Shown: in pieces, positions 27,430 through 35,810 of the stretch
Numbering within the stretch: position 1 is the stretch's first letter
How the letters are laid out: each line of letters opens with the position of its first letter
Notes under the pieces: generated by a model
Told to the model about the DNA's origin: nothing
What the model saw: only the letters and a program-made list of their open reading frames with translations
Database searches by the model: none
Position numbers and translations under genes: made by a program
Origin: a virus
Lineage: Duplodnaviria > Caudoviricetes
Reading direction: 5' to 3' (one strand)
Length of the DNA: 38,333 bases
Virus record (IMG/VR): IMGVR_UViG_3300038475_000012
Coordinates: 1-38,333 of that record

Positions 27430-27501
27430 TCAATTTTGATTATTTGGGCGAGTATCTCACGAAATCGCCCAAAGTGAGAAAATAATCAACTAATAAAAAT
27501 T

Positions 27502-27678
27502 ATGAAAAAAGTATCACAGCCTGAGTTGGCTAAACCTAAAAAGAATCAAAGTCCAGGACACAAGTTTAATCAAGCCGCTCATCCTAAAAAACACACTATT
27601 AAATCAAAGAAAATTAAAAAGGTTGAAAAAAATGTAGATGTTCCAGTAATGAATAAATGGAAACCTTTTGGAATGTAA
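27502..27678 (+). CDS. 58-aa Lys-rich protein
   Basis: Translated by hand; its stop overlaps the AAACTCTATG of the next gene. Confidence 0.55.
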   Translation: MKKVSQPELAKPKKNQSPGHKFNQAAHPKKHTIKSKKIKKVEKNVDVPVMNKWKPFGM

Positions 27679-27683
27679 ACTCT

Positions 27684-28187
27684 ATGGCATCAGAAGCAAG
27701 AATAGCATCAAATAAATGGCTTAGAAGAAAAGCCAAAGGAATCAAGGGGGATGTTCTTTCAATAGGTTCAATGAACGATGACGACTGTGAAGGAGGAAAG
27801 TACAGGAAGTACTTTGAATCTGCCAAGTCCTATACGACTTCCGACACAGACTCGGTATTAGGTGAAGTTGATCTTGTACTGGATGTAAAGAAACTAGACT
27901 TACCTGATGAAAGTTACGACTGTATATTCTGTTCTGGGGTATTGGAACACGTTGATGACTTTATGCAAGGAATGAGAGAAATTACCCGTGTACTTAAAAA
28001 TAAAGGAACATTATTACTAGGCGTACCTTTCAGACAAGCAATCCATAGTTACCCGCACGACTATTGGAGGTTCACAGAATATGCGCTTGAATATATGTTA
28101 AAAGATTATAAGATTAAAGAGATAAAACCCATAGATGATAAGGATTTCCCTGCATCCTACTGGGCAATAGCTATTAAAACTCTATGA
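27684..28187 (+). CDS. Class I SAM-dependent methyltransferase
   Basis: VLSIGS, YDCIFCSGVLEHV, RVLKNKG, HSYPHDYWRFT; start moved from 27657 to the motif ATG. Confidence 0.88.
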   Translation: MASEARIASNKWLRRKAKGIKGDVLSIGSMNDDDCEGGKYRKYFESAKSYTTSDTDSVLGEVDLVLDVKKLDLPDESYDCIFCSGVLEHVDDFMQGMREITRVLKNKGTLLLGVPFRQAIHSYPHDYWRFTEYALEYMLKDYKIKEIKPIDDKDFPASYWAIAIKTL

Positions 28188-28402
28188 AAAAAGAATTAAG
28201 CTGGCAATTTATTGCCGCAGACAAGCAGGAAAAAGATGGAAGATTTATGGAAGCTACGATAATTACAGTGAATGCTGTTGATGAAAAAGGAGCATTAAAA
28301 AAAGCGAAGTCTGTCATAAAAAGGAAAATATTTTTTCTAAAATCAGTGGCAGAAATTGATAACAGGATGGATAAAATTATTGATAATATGAAAACTCTAT
28401 GA
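28184..28402 (+). CDS. Hypothetical protein
   Basis: ORF track; motif start. Confidence 0.7.
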   Translation: MKKELSWQFIAADKQEKDGRFMEATIITVNAVDEKGALKKAKSVIKRKIFFLKSVAEIDNRMDKIIDNMKTL

Positions 28403-28662
28403 AACCATTTGGACAAAGATGTATCGTAATTATAGAAAAAAACTACATCAAAGAAAAAGGTAAACAAGTTTTGTTAGATGACGGTTATTTAAAATACGAC
28501 TTACCTCAAGAGGGAAAAGTAATCAGTTCTAACTTAGAAGGAATAAAAAAAGGAATGACTGTTATTGCCAATTACCGAGGAGGGATGCCGGTTATAAAGT
28601 TAGAAAATAAGAAGTTGGTTACTGTAATTTTTGACGCTGACGATATTTATGCAGTCCTCTAG
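28399..28662 (+). CDS. GroES-like co-chaperonin
   Basis: MKPFGQRCIV...GKVI...IKKGMTV...DDIYAVL parallels GroES (KPLGDRVLV...VK.GD.V...DILAV). Confidence 0.65.
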   Translation: MKPFGQRCIVIIEKNYIKEKGKQVLLDDGYLKYDLPQEGKVISSNLEGIKKGMTVIANYRGGMPVIKLENKKLVTVIFDADDIYAVL

Positions 28663-28903
28663 ATTTAGAAAATTAACCGATAGATTCGGTTGGAAGATAA
28701 GACCGATAACTTGTATCATCAATGGTAAACTGACCAGACGACCAGACATCCTAGCAGTAGAGAATCACGGCTTATGGGAGATGACGATACCGAAAAGAAT
28801 CTACAGTTTATCTGACCAGACATATACTGATTTGTTAGGACTGCAACACCCATCTTACTTTGAGTGTGAATCTAAGGCTTATAGTAGAAAATATGGAAAA
28901 TAA
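28649..28903 (+). CDS. Hypothetical protein
   Basis: ORF track 28631..28903; first ATG at 28649. Confidence 0.55.
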   Translation: MQSSRFRKLTDRFGWKIRPITCIINGKLTRRPDILAVENHGLWEMTIPKRIYSLSDQTYTDLLGLQHPSYFECESKAYSRKYGK

Positions 28904-30596
28904 ATTTAAAGTTCTGGCTATCATTACAGACTTAATAAGCAAGAATGGTAAAAAGTTTAAAAAGAAAGGCAAGCCAATTCACGGAGCAATCGGATGGTAT
29001 CGAGTTGTTAATCCTTTAAAAAGACTAGGGGCTGATATTTCTTTAGGAATGACTGTCCGTGCTGATCCTCAAAGTGCAACAGAAATGAAAGCAAGAGGAG
29101 ATATCTGGTTTCTAAAAATGGCTGACAATGAAGGCATAGATTATATCTACGACACTCATAAGAATTTTACTGGTGCTAAACTGATTATAGACATAGACGA
29201 TGAACCAGGAGAAGTTGACGAGAATCATCCCGACTCCAAAGCGATCAAAGAAAAGAAAGATATGCGGATGAGAATGTTAAAGATAGCTGACCACATTGTT
29301 GTGTCTACGCCTAAGCTGAAAGAGTCAATTAAAGACATCAATCCGTATTGTACTGTTATCCCTAACGCAATAGATCCTGACTTGTGGAAGATAAAGAACA
29401 AGTTAAAAAAAGACGGCAAGATTAGGATAGGTTGGATGGCTAGTGCTTCTCATTTCGTTGATACGCCTATCATCAGGCCAGCAATGGAAGAAATTTTAAG
29501 TAAATACCCCAACGTAGAGTTCCATTTTGCAGGATTTACTTGGGATGAATACAAAGAAGATAGATTTTTTCATCACGTTGGAGTAAGAGATTATATGGAT
29601 TTTCCTAAATGGTATGCAAAATTAGGCATAGATATATCAGTCTGCCCTTTAAAAGACAACAAGTTTAACCAAGCCAAGTCAAACATCAAGTGGATGGAAG
29701 CCGCAATGCTAGAAATTCCAACTATAGCCAGTGATACAGAGCCTTATAAGTGCATTAAGCACGGAAAAACAGGCTATCTGGCTAAGAACTCTAATGATTT
29801 TGTTAAATACCTGTCTTATCTGATAGAAAATGAAGAAAAGAGAAGGGAGATAGGACAAAATGCCAAGCAAGCCGTCTTAGATGAGTGGACTACTGATAAA
29901 TTTACCCATTTATACAAAGATTTATTTAAAAATATAGTTGATTTTAAAGAAATAGCTGTAGTTACTGCCATTACAGGAGATAAAGATGATTTAATCGAGC
30001 AAACCAGTTATCAAGGCGTTGAATACATCGCATTTACAGACCAGAAGTCATCTCAATGGAAGACTAGAAAACCCTGCGATAAGTTCAAAGAACCAGTAAT
30101 GAACGCTAAGATACACAAGATTTTGACCCATAAATATACTGATTTGCCCTACATAGTTTGGATGGATGGAAATTGTAAGTTAAAACAAGACCCCCACGAA
30201 CTGATAAAATTGATGGGAGATGAAGACTTTGCTTTCTTCACCCACCCAGGACGAGATTGCATTTATGATGAAGCGGATACTTGTGTTCAATTAAAAAAAG
30301 GAAACCCCAAAGAACTAGCGGAACAGATAAGAGAGTATGCCAAGCAAGAACACGCTCCTCACAGCGGACTATGCGAACTGACTTGCTTTATAAGAAAGAA
30401 CAATCCAAAATCTAATTTAGAATTTGAAAAGTGGTGGGCTGAGATTTGCAGATATTCAAATCGAGATCAAGTTTCCTTTCCGTTAATTTTTAAATATTGG
30501 GAAACTATACCAGGAACTGTTGCCAAGATAGAAGGAAATAAAACCTTTGTCGGCAATGATTTCTTCGAGTATAGGAAACATAAACTCTATGACTAA
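28893..30596 (+). CDS. Bifunctional glycosyltransferase (GT-B/GT4-like + DUF616-like domain)
   Basis: IDIDD, VIPNAID, IGWMAS, KSNIKWMEAAML; C-terminal VTAITGDKD, WMDGN, HPGRDCIYDEA, RDQVSF. Confidence 0.88.
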   Translation: MENKFKVLAIITDLISKNGKKFKKKGKPIHGAIGWYRVVNPLKRLGADISLGMTVRADPQSATEMKARGDIWFLKMADNEGIDYIYDTHKNFTGAKLIIDIDDEPGEVDENHPDSKAIKEKKDMRMRMLKIADHIVVSTPKLKESIKDINPYCTVIPNAIDPDLWKIKNKLKKDGKIRIGWMASASHFVDTPIIRPAMEEILSKYPNVEFHFAGFTWDEYKEDRFFHHVGVRDYMDFPKWYAKLGIDISVCPLKDNKFNQAKSNIKWMEAAMLEIPTIASDTEPYKCIKHGKTGYLAKNSNDFVKYLSYLIENEEKRREIGQNAKQAVLDEWTTDKFTHLYKDLFKNIVDFKEIAVVTAITGDKDDLIEQTSYQGVEYIAFTDQKSSQWKTRKPCDKFKEPVMNAKIHKILTHKYTDLPYIVWMDGNCKLKQDPHELIKLMGDEDFAFFTHPGRDCIYDEADTCVQLKKGNPKELAEQIREYAKQEHAPHSGLCELTCFIRKNNPKSNLEFEKWWAEICRYSNRDQVSFPLIFKYWETIPGTVAKIEGNKTFVGNDFFEYRKHKLYD

Positions 30597-30810
30597 AGAA
30601 GAATTGAAACACAAACTATTAAATTATGATACTGAATATGTTTCTCAAGTTAGGCCTTACGAGGGACAAGTTAGAATGACTGACGGATTTGCTTTTAAAG
30701 ATGATGTTATGGATATGTTCACTGAAGAAGAATTGAAAAAATACTCTGATGTTAAACTTATTCCTTATCCGGAAAAAGGAATAAACCAGTGGAAGATAAA
30801 ACTAATTTAA
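30589..30810 (+). CDS. Hypothetical protein
   Basis: Motif start inside track ORF 30547..30810. Confidence 0.65.
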   Translation: MTKEELKHKLLNYDTEYVSQVRPYEGQVRMTDGFAFKDDVMDMFTEEELKKYSDVKLIPYPEKGINQWKIKLI

Positions 30811-30816
30811 ACTTTA

Positions 30817-31661
30817 TGAAAATTGCACTGATAAATTATGAACAAAATCTTGGAATGGACGCTATCCTTTCCAAGTACGCCCGAATGTTAGAAAGAGAAC
30901 TTATAGACCTGGGACATGATGCCTTTATAACGGGAGAGCCAGTCGAGGCGGATATAAACCATCATATCAATTATATTTCATATAAACCCAGCGGTGGGAT
31001 AGACACCACGATGATTACCCACCTAACAGGAGATTTAAGCCACAGTGAAAAAGAAAAGATAAAGATGTGCAAAGAACAGTCAAAGACTGCTTTCGGAATC
31101 TGTATGAATAAGGAGATAATGGAGAAGCTCATTAAAAATGGAATACCCAAAGAAAAACTGTCTTATGTCCTGCACGCTCACGATGGAATGGAAAGAAGAC
31201 CACGCTTGATAGCAATGATTTATAACGTTTATCCAGACGGAAGGCAAAGAGAAGATATGTTTGTAAAACTGGTAAATTCACTCAAAGATAAATCAGACTA
31301 TGCTTTTCAGATTATGGGTAAAGGTTGGAAGCCGATACTCGACTCGCTTTTGAAGAAAGGCTTACAGGTAAATTATATGGATAATTTTTACGGAGACCTT
31401 TACCAACAGATGCTGATGACTTCTGACTATCTGTTATTCACAGGGGATGAAGATTCACTGGCTCAAAGTATCGTTGATGCAACCAACGCTGGACTTAGAG
31501 TCATAGCCCCGCCCCAGAATGGATTAAAAGTAGAATACCCTTTCAGTAATCAGCAAGAATTGAATCAGATATTTAAAGATATAAACTCTAATCCCGTGCG
31601 TGATTGGACTTGGGAAAACTACACCAAGCAGCACGAAACTCTATGGAACAGATTAAAATAA
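30817..31661 (+). CDS. Glycosyltransferase-like protein (GT-B)
   Basis: MKIALI start, L..LGHD, MGKGW, SDYLL...SIVDA.NAGL.VI. Confidence 0.7.
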
Positions 31662-32179
31662 ATTTAGGAGCGGGGATAAAACCGATAGAAGGATTTATCA
31701 ATGTAGATATCGAAGACTTAGGAAAAGACTATGTAAAAGCTGATGTTAGGAAACTTCCTTTTGATGACAACTTTGCTGACTATATCCTAGCTTCTGAAAT
31801 ATTAGAACATATCCCGATAAGAGATTTGCACAGTACATTAAAAGAATGGAAAAGAGTTTTAAAACCCGGTGGAAGAATGGTTATCAAGTGTCCAGACTTT
31901 GAAGCAATGGCTAAGGAATGGTTATCAAAGTCTTTTCTTCCTCAAGAGTATTCTGAAATGGCGCAAGGGCTTTACGGAAAACAAGCAACAGAAAATGAAT
32001 ATCACCGTTCCCCTATCACAGTTCCTTTAATGCAGTATCTGTTAGGCTCACTGAAATTTAAGAGAGGCGGAATAGTTACTTACTCGAAAGGTCATAAGCA
32101 AATAAGTTATCCAGGTATCAAAGCCAATCCGAGACGAGTCTATAGGTTCGGCACAATACATTGCGATGTTATCAAATGA
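31643..32179 (+). CDS. SAM-dependent methyltransferase
   Basis: INLGAG, INVD, ILEHI, RVLKPGG, CPD. Confidence 0.88.
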   Translation: MEQIKINLGAGIKPIEGFINVDIEDLGKDYVKADVRKLPFDDNFADYILASEILEHIPIRDLHSTLKEWKRVLKPGGRMVIKCPDFEAMAKEWLSKSFLPQEYSEMAQGLYGKQATENEYHRSPITVPLMQYLLGSLKFKRGGIVTYSKGHKQISYPGIKANPRRVYRFGTIHCDVIK

Positions 32180-32667
32180 AACTTAACTTGGCTTGTGGAG
32201 CAGACTACAGAAATGACTGGATAAACATAGACAACAACTCTCAAGGTGATTTTAAAGTAGATATAAAGAAAGATATTTTAAAACTGAAATGGAAAAAGAA
32301 CTCGGTCGATAGTATTCTGGTAATTCATTATATAATGTACTGCACTCCCCCAGAATTAGATATGCTTTTAAAGAGATGGTACGGATGGTTAAAAGTAGGA
32401 GGAGAATTACAGATTGAAACAGGAAACCTTTATGAGATATGCAAGAATATTCTGAAATGCAATACGATTGAAGAATTGCACGGAAAGAATTGCTTAAGGC
32501 AGGTATTCGGATGGGAAGAAACTCACGGTCACAAATGGTTATGGGCTCCAATAGTAGTTAAAGACGCTATGGAAAGAGCAGGATTTAAAGAGGTGGAATT
32601 AGCAAAGGGATACTATCACGAAAATCCAACTAGAGATTTTGTAATTAATGGAAAGAAAACTCTATGA
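32176..32667 (+). CDS. SAM-dependent methyltransferase-like protein
   Basis: LNLACG...WINID, WLKVGG; paralogue of the upstream gene. Confidence 0.8.
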   Translation: MKLNLACGADYRNDWINIDNNSQGDFKVDIKKDILKLKWKKNSVDSILVIHYIMYCTPPELDMLLKRWYGWLKVGGELQIETGNLYEICKNILKCNTIEELHGKNCLRQVFGWEETHGHKWLWAPIVVKDAMERAGFKEVELAKGYYHENPTRDFVINGKKTL

Positions 32668-32900
32668 CTTGGGATGAATTACAAAAACCATTTATAGGAG
32701 GTCATTGGTGGTACTGGATATTAACAGGAAGAAAATACAGTTTTCCTTTTATGAAACAAGACGGATATAAGGTTTATTGGAAAGTAGACGCCAGGCTTCC
32801 TAAATACCAGCAAAAACCCATTGAATGTAAATTGCTTAATTGGATATTTTATTTAGAATGTAAAGTCAATAAATTGAGAAGGAAACTCTATGAAAGGTAA
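32664..32900 (+). CDS. Hypothetical Trp-rich protein
   Basis: ORF track; motif start. Confidence 0.65.
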   Translation: MTWDELQKPFIGGHWWYWILTGRKYSFPFMKQDGYKVYWKVDARLPKYQQKPIECKLLNWIFYLECKVNKLRRKLYER

Positions 32901-33840
32901 AAAAATAGTTGTAGTGGGCGGTGGAGGATTTTTAGGAAGCCACCTAGTCAATCATTTAATTAAAGACAACGAGGTTTTAGTTTTAGATAACCTGATTACA
33001 GGAAAGAAAGAATTTGTCCACCCCAAAGCCGAGTTTATGTGGTGCGACATCACTCATAGTGAAAACCAGCTCATTAAAATATTTAAAGGTTACGATTACG
33101 TTTTCAACTATGCCGCCGAACCTTACATCCCCGTTTCGTTTGAACGACCATTACACGTTTTCGACATCAATGCTAGAGGAGCTTTAATGGTTATGAACGC
33201 CGCCCAAGAGGCAGGAGTGAAAGGAATCCTGCAAGTATCATCAGCAGAGATTTACGGGGACGCTCCGGAACACAAGATAAACGAAGAATATCCAGCCAGA
33301 CCGCATTCAACTTACGGAGCGGCAAAACTGGCTATAGACGCATTAGTCCAAGCAAGGTGGAGAGAATCAGGTTGTCCAGTGATTGCTCTTAGACAGTTCA
33401 ACTGCGTAGGGGAACGAGAAACTCATCCTTATGTAATTCCTGAAATAATCGGACAGTTAAGTAACAGTCCAACAGGAGAAGTCAAATTAGGAAACGATAC
33501 ATTTAGAGATTTTCAATACGCTGGGGACGCTGTACGGATGGCAACGGAACTTTTGGAAAAAGGACAGTTTGGAGAAGTTTACAATATGGGTTCAGAAAAA
33601 GGAATAAAGATATACGACTTGGCATTGCTTATAGGAAATATGATGGGAATACAACCAATGATTATAAAGGACGTAAAGAGAATAAGACCGTGGGACATAT
33701 TTCATTTACAAAGTGATAATACTAAACTCTATTCGGTGATTGATTCCCGACCAGAAGTTTCTTTAGAAGAAGCTTTGAAACGGACAATCGCTGATTATAA
33801 AAAAAATGGATTCATATTTACAACTGGAAAAAGAATATAA
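32890..33840 (+). CDS. NAD-dependent nucleotide-sugar epimerase/dehydratase
   Basis: GGGGFLGS, SSAEIYG, YGAAK (YxxxK), RDF, YNMGS. Confidence 0.93.
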   Translation: MKGKKIVVVGGGGFLGSHLVNHLIKDNEVLVLDNLITGKKEFVHPKAEFMWCDITHSENQLIKIFKGYDYVFNYAAEPYIPVSFERPLHVFDINARGALMVMNAAQEAGVKGILQVSSAEIYGDAPEHKINEEYPARPHSTYGAAKLAIDALVQARWRESGCPVIALRQFNCVGERETHPYVIPEIIGQLSNSPTGEVKLGNDTFRDFQYAGDAVRMATELLEKGQFGEVYNMGSEKGIKIYDLALLIGNMMGIQPMIIKDVKRIRPWDIFHLQSDNTKLYSVIDSRPEVSLEEALKRTIADYKKNGFIFTTGKRI

Positions 33841-34687
33841 GAAGTTTGTCGGTTCAAAGTATGCGGTTAGCTGTAACAGTGGAACATCAGCCTTACATCT
33901 GGCTTTAAAAGCGATAGGAGTAGGTTACGGAGATGAAGTGATAGTTCCAGAATTCACAATGATTGCCTGCGCTTATGCTGTATCGTATTGCGGAGCGACG
34001 CCAGTATTTGTAGATTGCCGAGATGACTTGAGCATTAACCCGTATCTCATAGAAGAAAAGTTGACCGGACGAACCAAAGCAATTATGCCAGTCCATATTT
34101 ACGGAATACTGTGCGATATGAAGACAATTCTAAGCATTGCCAAAGATAACCGATTGAAAGTCGTAGAGGACGCTTGCGAAGCGCAAGGAGCAGTTTACAA
34201 GTCAGAAGCCGATATAACCTGTTACTCGTTTTATAAGAATAAGATAATCCACGCAGAAGAAGGAGGGATAGCCACGACTGACAACAAGAAATATGCTGAT
34301 AGGATGAATTACCTTAAAAATATGTGTTTTAATAAGAAACACAATTATATCCACGAAGAAATAGGATTTAATTACCGAATGCCAGACAGTCAAGCCACAT
34401 TGGCGCTACATTCGCTCCACAATTATTCACAAGAGAAGGAAAGGAGGCAGGAACAAGTTGATAAATATAATAAAAGGTTTGGTTTGAATGTAAAGAATGA
34501 CGCTAACTGGATTTATCCAATCAAGAATGCTGATAACTGGATTAAAAATTACGATGGATTATATGCTGATTTAAAAACAAGAGAATTTTTTAAGCCAATG
34601 AGCCAACAACCACCTTACTTTGATTTAAACTATAAGAATCTGAACGCCTATAGATTATCTAAGCAAGGTATGTACATAAAATTATGA
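33806..34687 (+). CDS. DegT/DnrJ/EryC1/StrS sugar aminotransferase (perosamine synthase-like)
   Basis: NSGTSALHLAL, PVHIYG, EDACEA, SFYKNK, GFNYRM; lacks the usual N-terminal segment. Confidence 0.93.
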   Translation: MDSYLQLEKEYKKFVGSKYAVSCNSGTSALHLALKAIGVGYGDEVIVPEFTMIACAYAVSYCGATPVFVDCRDDLSINPYLIEEKLTGRTKAIMPVHIYGILCDMKTILSIAKDNRLKVVEDACEAQGAVYKSEADITCYSFYKNKIIHAEEGGIATTDNKKYADRMNYLKNMCFNKKHNYIHEEIGFNYRMPDSQATLALHSLHNYSQEKERRQEQVDKYNKRFGLNVKNDANWIYPIKNADNWIKNYDGLYADLKTREFFKPMSQQPPYFDLNYKNLNAYRLSKQGMYIKL

Positions 34688-35145
34688 CAGATGTATTTAG
34701 AGAACGAGTAGAATCGCCCCTAGAGCCTGAAATTGCCCCACAAGCCCCGAAACCCTTTGAAGAAACACCAGTACCCAGTGGGGAAGTAAAAGCCCAAGAA
34801 TCTGCCACGGCGGACGAAAAGCAGATTGAGATATGGGAAGGATTGAACCGAAGAAAGTACATATCAGAATATTTTAATATAAAAGCATTTGAAGGAGAAT
34901 TTAATTTAAAAATGCAAACCTCTCAGATAGACAAATATATTCGAGGGGAAATAGAAAAAAATGGATTTGAAAAGTCTATTGGAAATTATGAAAAGGTACT
35001 TCGAGAACTGGAAGCAGAGATTGGCTCTGATAGACTGGAAACATTTAAAAGGATTTCAAGATTGACAGGATATATTGCGGCATTGAATCGTCTCAATAAG
35101 GCAAAAGAAACTAAAGAAAGGTATTTAAACTCTATACAAATTTAA
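34684..35145 (+). CDS. Hypothetical protein
   Basis: ORF track; coupled to the aminotransferase. Confidence 0.7.
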   Translation: MTDVFRERVESPLEPEIAPQAPKPFEETPVPSGEVKAQESATADEKQIEIWEGLNRRKYISEYFNIKAFEGEFNLKMQTSQIDKYIRGEIEKNGFEKSIGNYEKVLRELEAEIGSDRLETFKRISRLTGYIAALNRLNKAKETKERYLNSIQI

Positions 35146-35167
35146 TATTTAGTGTATAGAGTTTTTT
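35127..35167 (+). terminator. Terminator-like hairpin built from the AAACTCTA motif
   Basis: AAACTCTATACA / TGTATAGAGTTT 12-bp stem running into a T tract. Confidence 0.55.
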
Positions 35168-35208
35168 ATTCCAAGGAGGATGTCCATAGAGTTCGTCCTC
35201 CAAGGAAT
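35168..35208 (+). promoter_or_regulatory. Hairpin with SD sequence in the stem and anti-AACTCTATGG loop
   Basis: ATTCC-AA-GGAGGATG [TCCATAGAGTT] CGTCCTCC-AA-GGAAT. Confidence 0.7.
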
Positions 35209-35228
35209 TAAGTATTTTATACAAATCT

Positions 35229-35810
35229 ATGGCATATACAAAATCTACATTGGCTACATTAAAGCAAAATTTAGCAGACAGGCACGACGGTGGGACGCTT
35301 CCGACAGACTCGGCTACTCTTTCTTATTGGATAAGACTTTTTAATAAAGGAGTCCAGTATTGCGCAGACGCTTTACAGCTTAAAAAGTTAACTTCTTTAA
35401 CGACTGTACTCGGAGTTATCGCTTTACCCGATGATTTCAAGTCTATCAATGCGGTTTTTAGCGGTGCAGAAGAATTGACACAAGTTTCCCCTGATGACGC
35501 TAGTAGCCAAGTAGGTTTTGTTTATTGGATAACTGGCGACCACGACACAGGGTTTACACTTAACGCAACGGCTGACCAAGCATTTACAGTTAAATATGCT
35601 TACTTTCCAGCTGATATGGCAGTGGATGCTGATGAATGTATCATCCCCGACCCAGAGGCTGTAGTGGCTTACGCTTATTCAATGATAAGAAGGGCAGAAA
35701 CCGACCCGATTGGGGACGCTCAAGAATCTATGGATGAATGTAAAAACAGGATCAAGTCAATGAAAAGTGATTATGATAATAATAATTCTAACCAAGAGAT
35801 GACAATGTAA
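35229..35810 (+). CDS. Head-tail adaptor (tubular protein A-like)
   Basis: 193 aa, LPDDF motif; precedes the nozzle gene. Confidence 0.7.
   Translation: MAYTKSTLATLKQNLADRHDGGTLPTDSATLSYWIRLFNKGVQYCADALQLKKLTSLTTVLGVIALPDDFKSINAVFSGAEELTQVSPDDASSQVGFVYWITGDHDTGFTLNATADQAFTVKYAYFPADMAVDADECIIPDPEAVVAYAYSMIRRAETDPIGDAQESMDECKNRIKSMKSDYDNNNSNQEMTM

Noticed and set aside
27684-32667. DNA methyltransferases or a restriction-modification system
   Set aside because: No DPPY/NPPY or PC motifs; they resemble small-molecule or sugar methyltransferases
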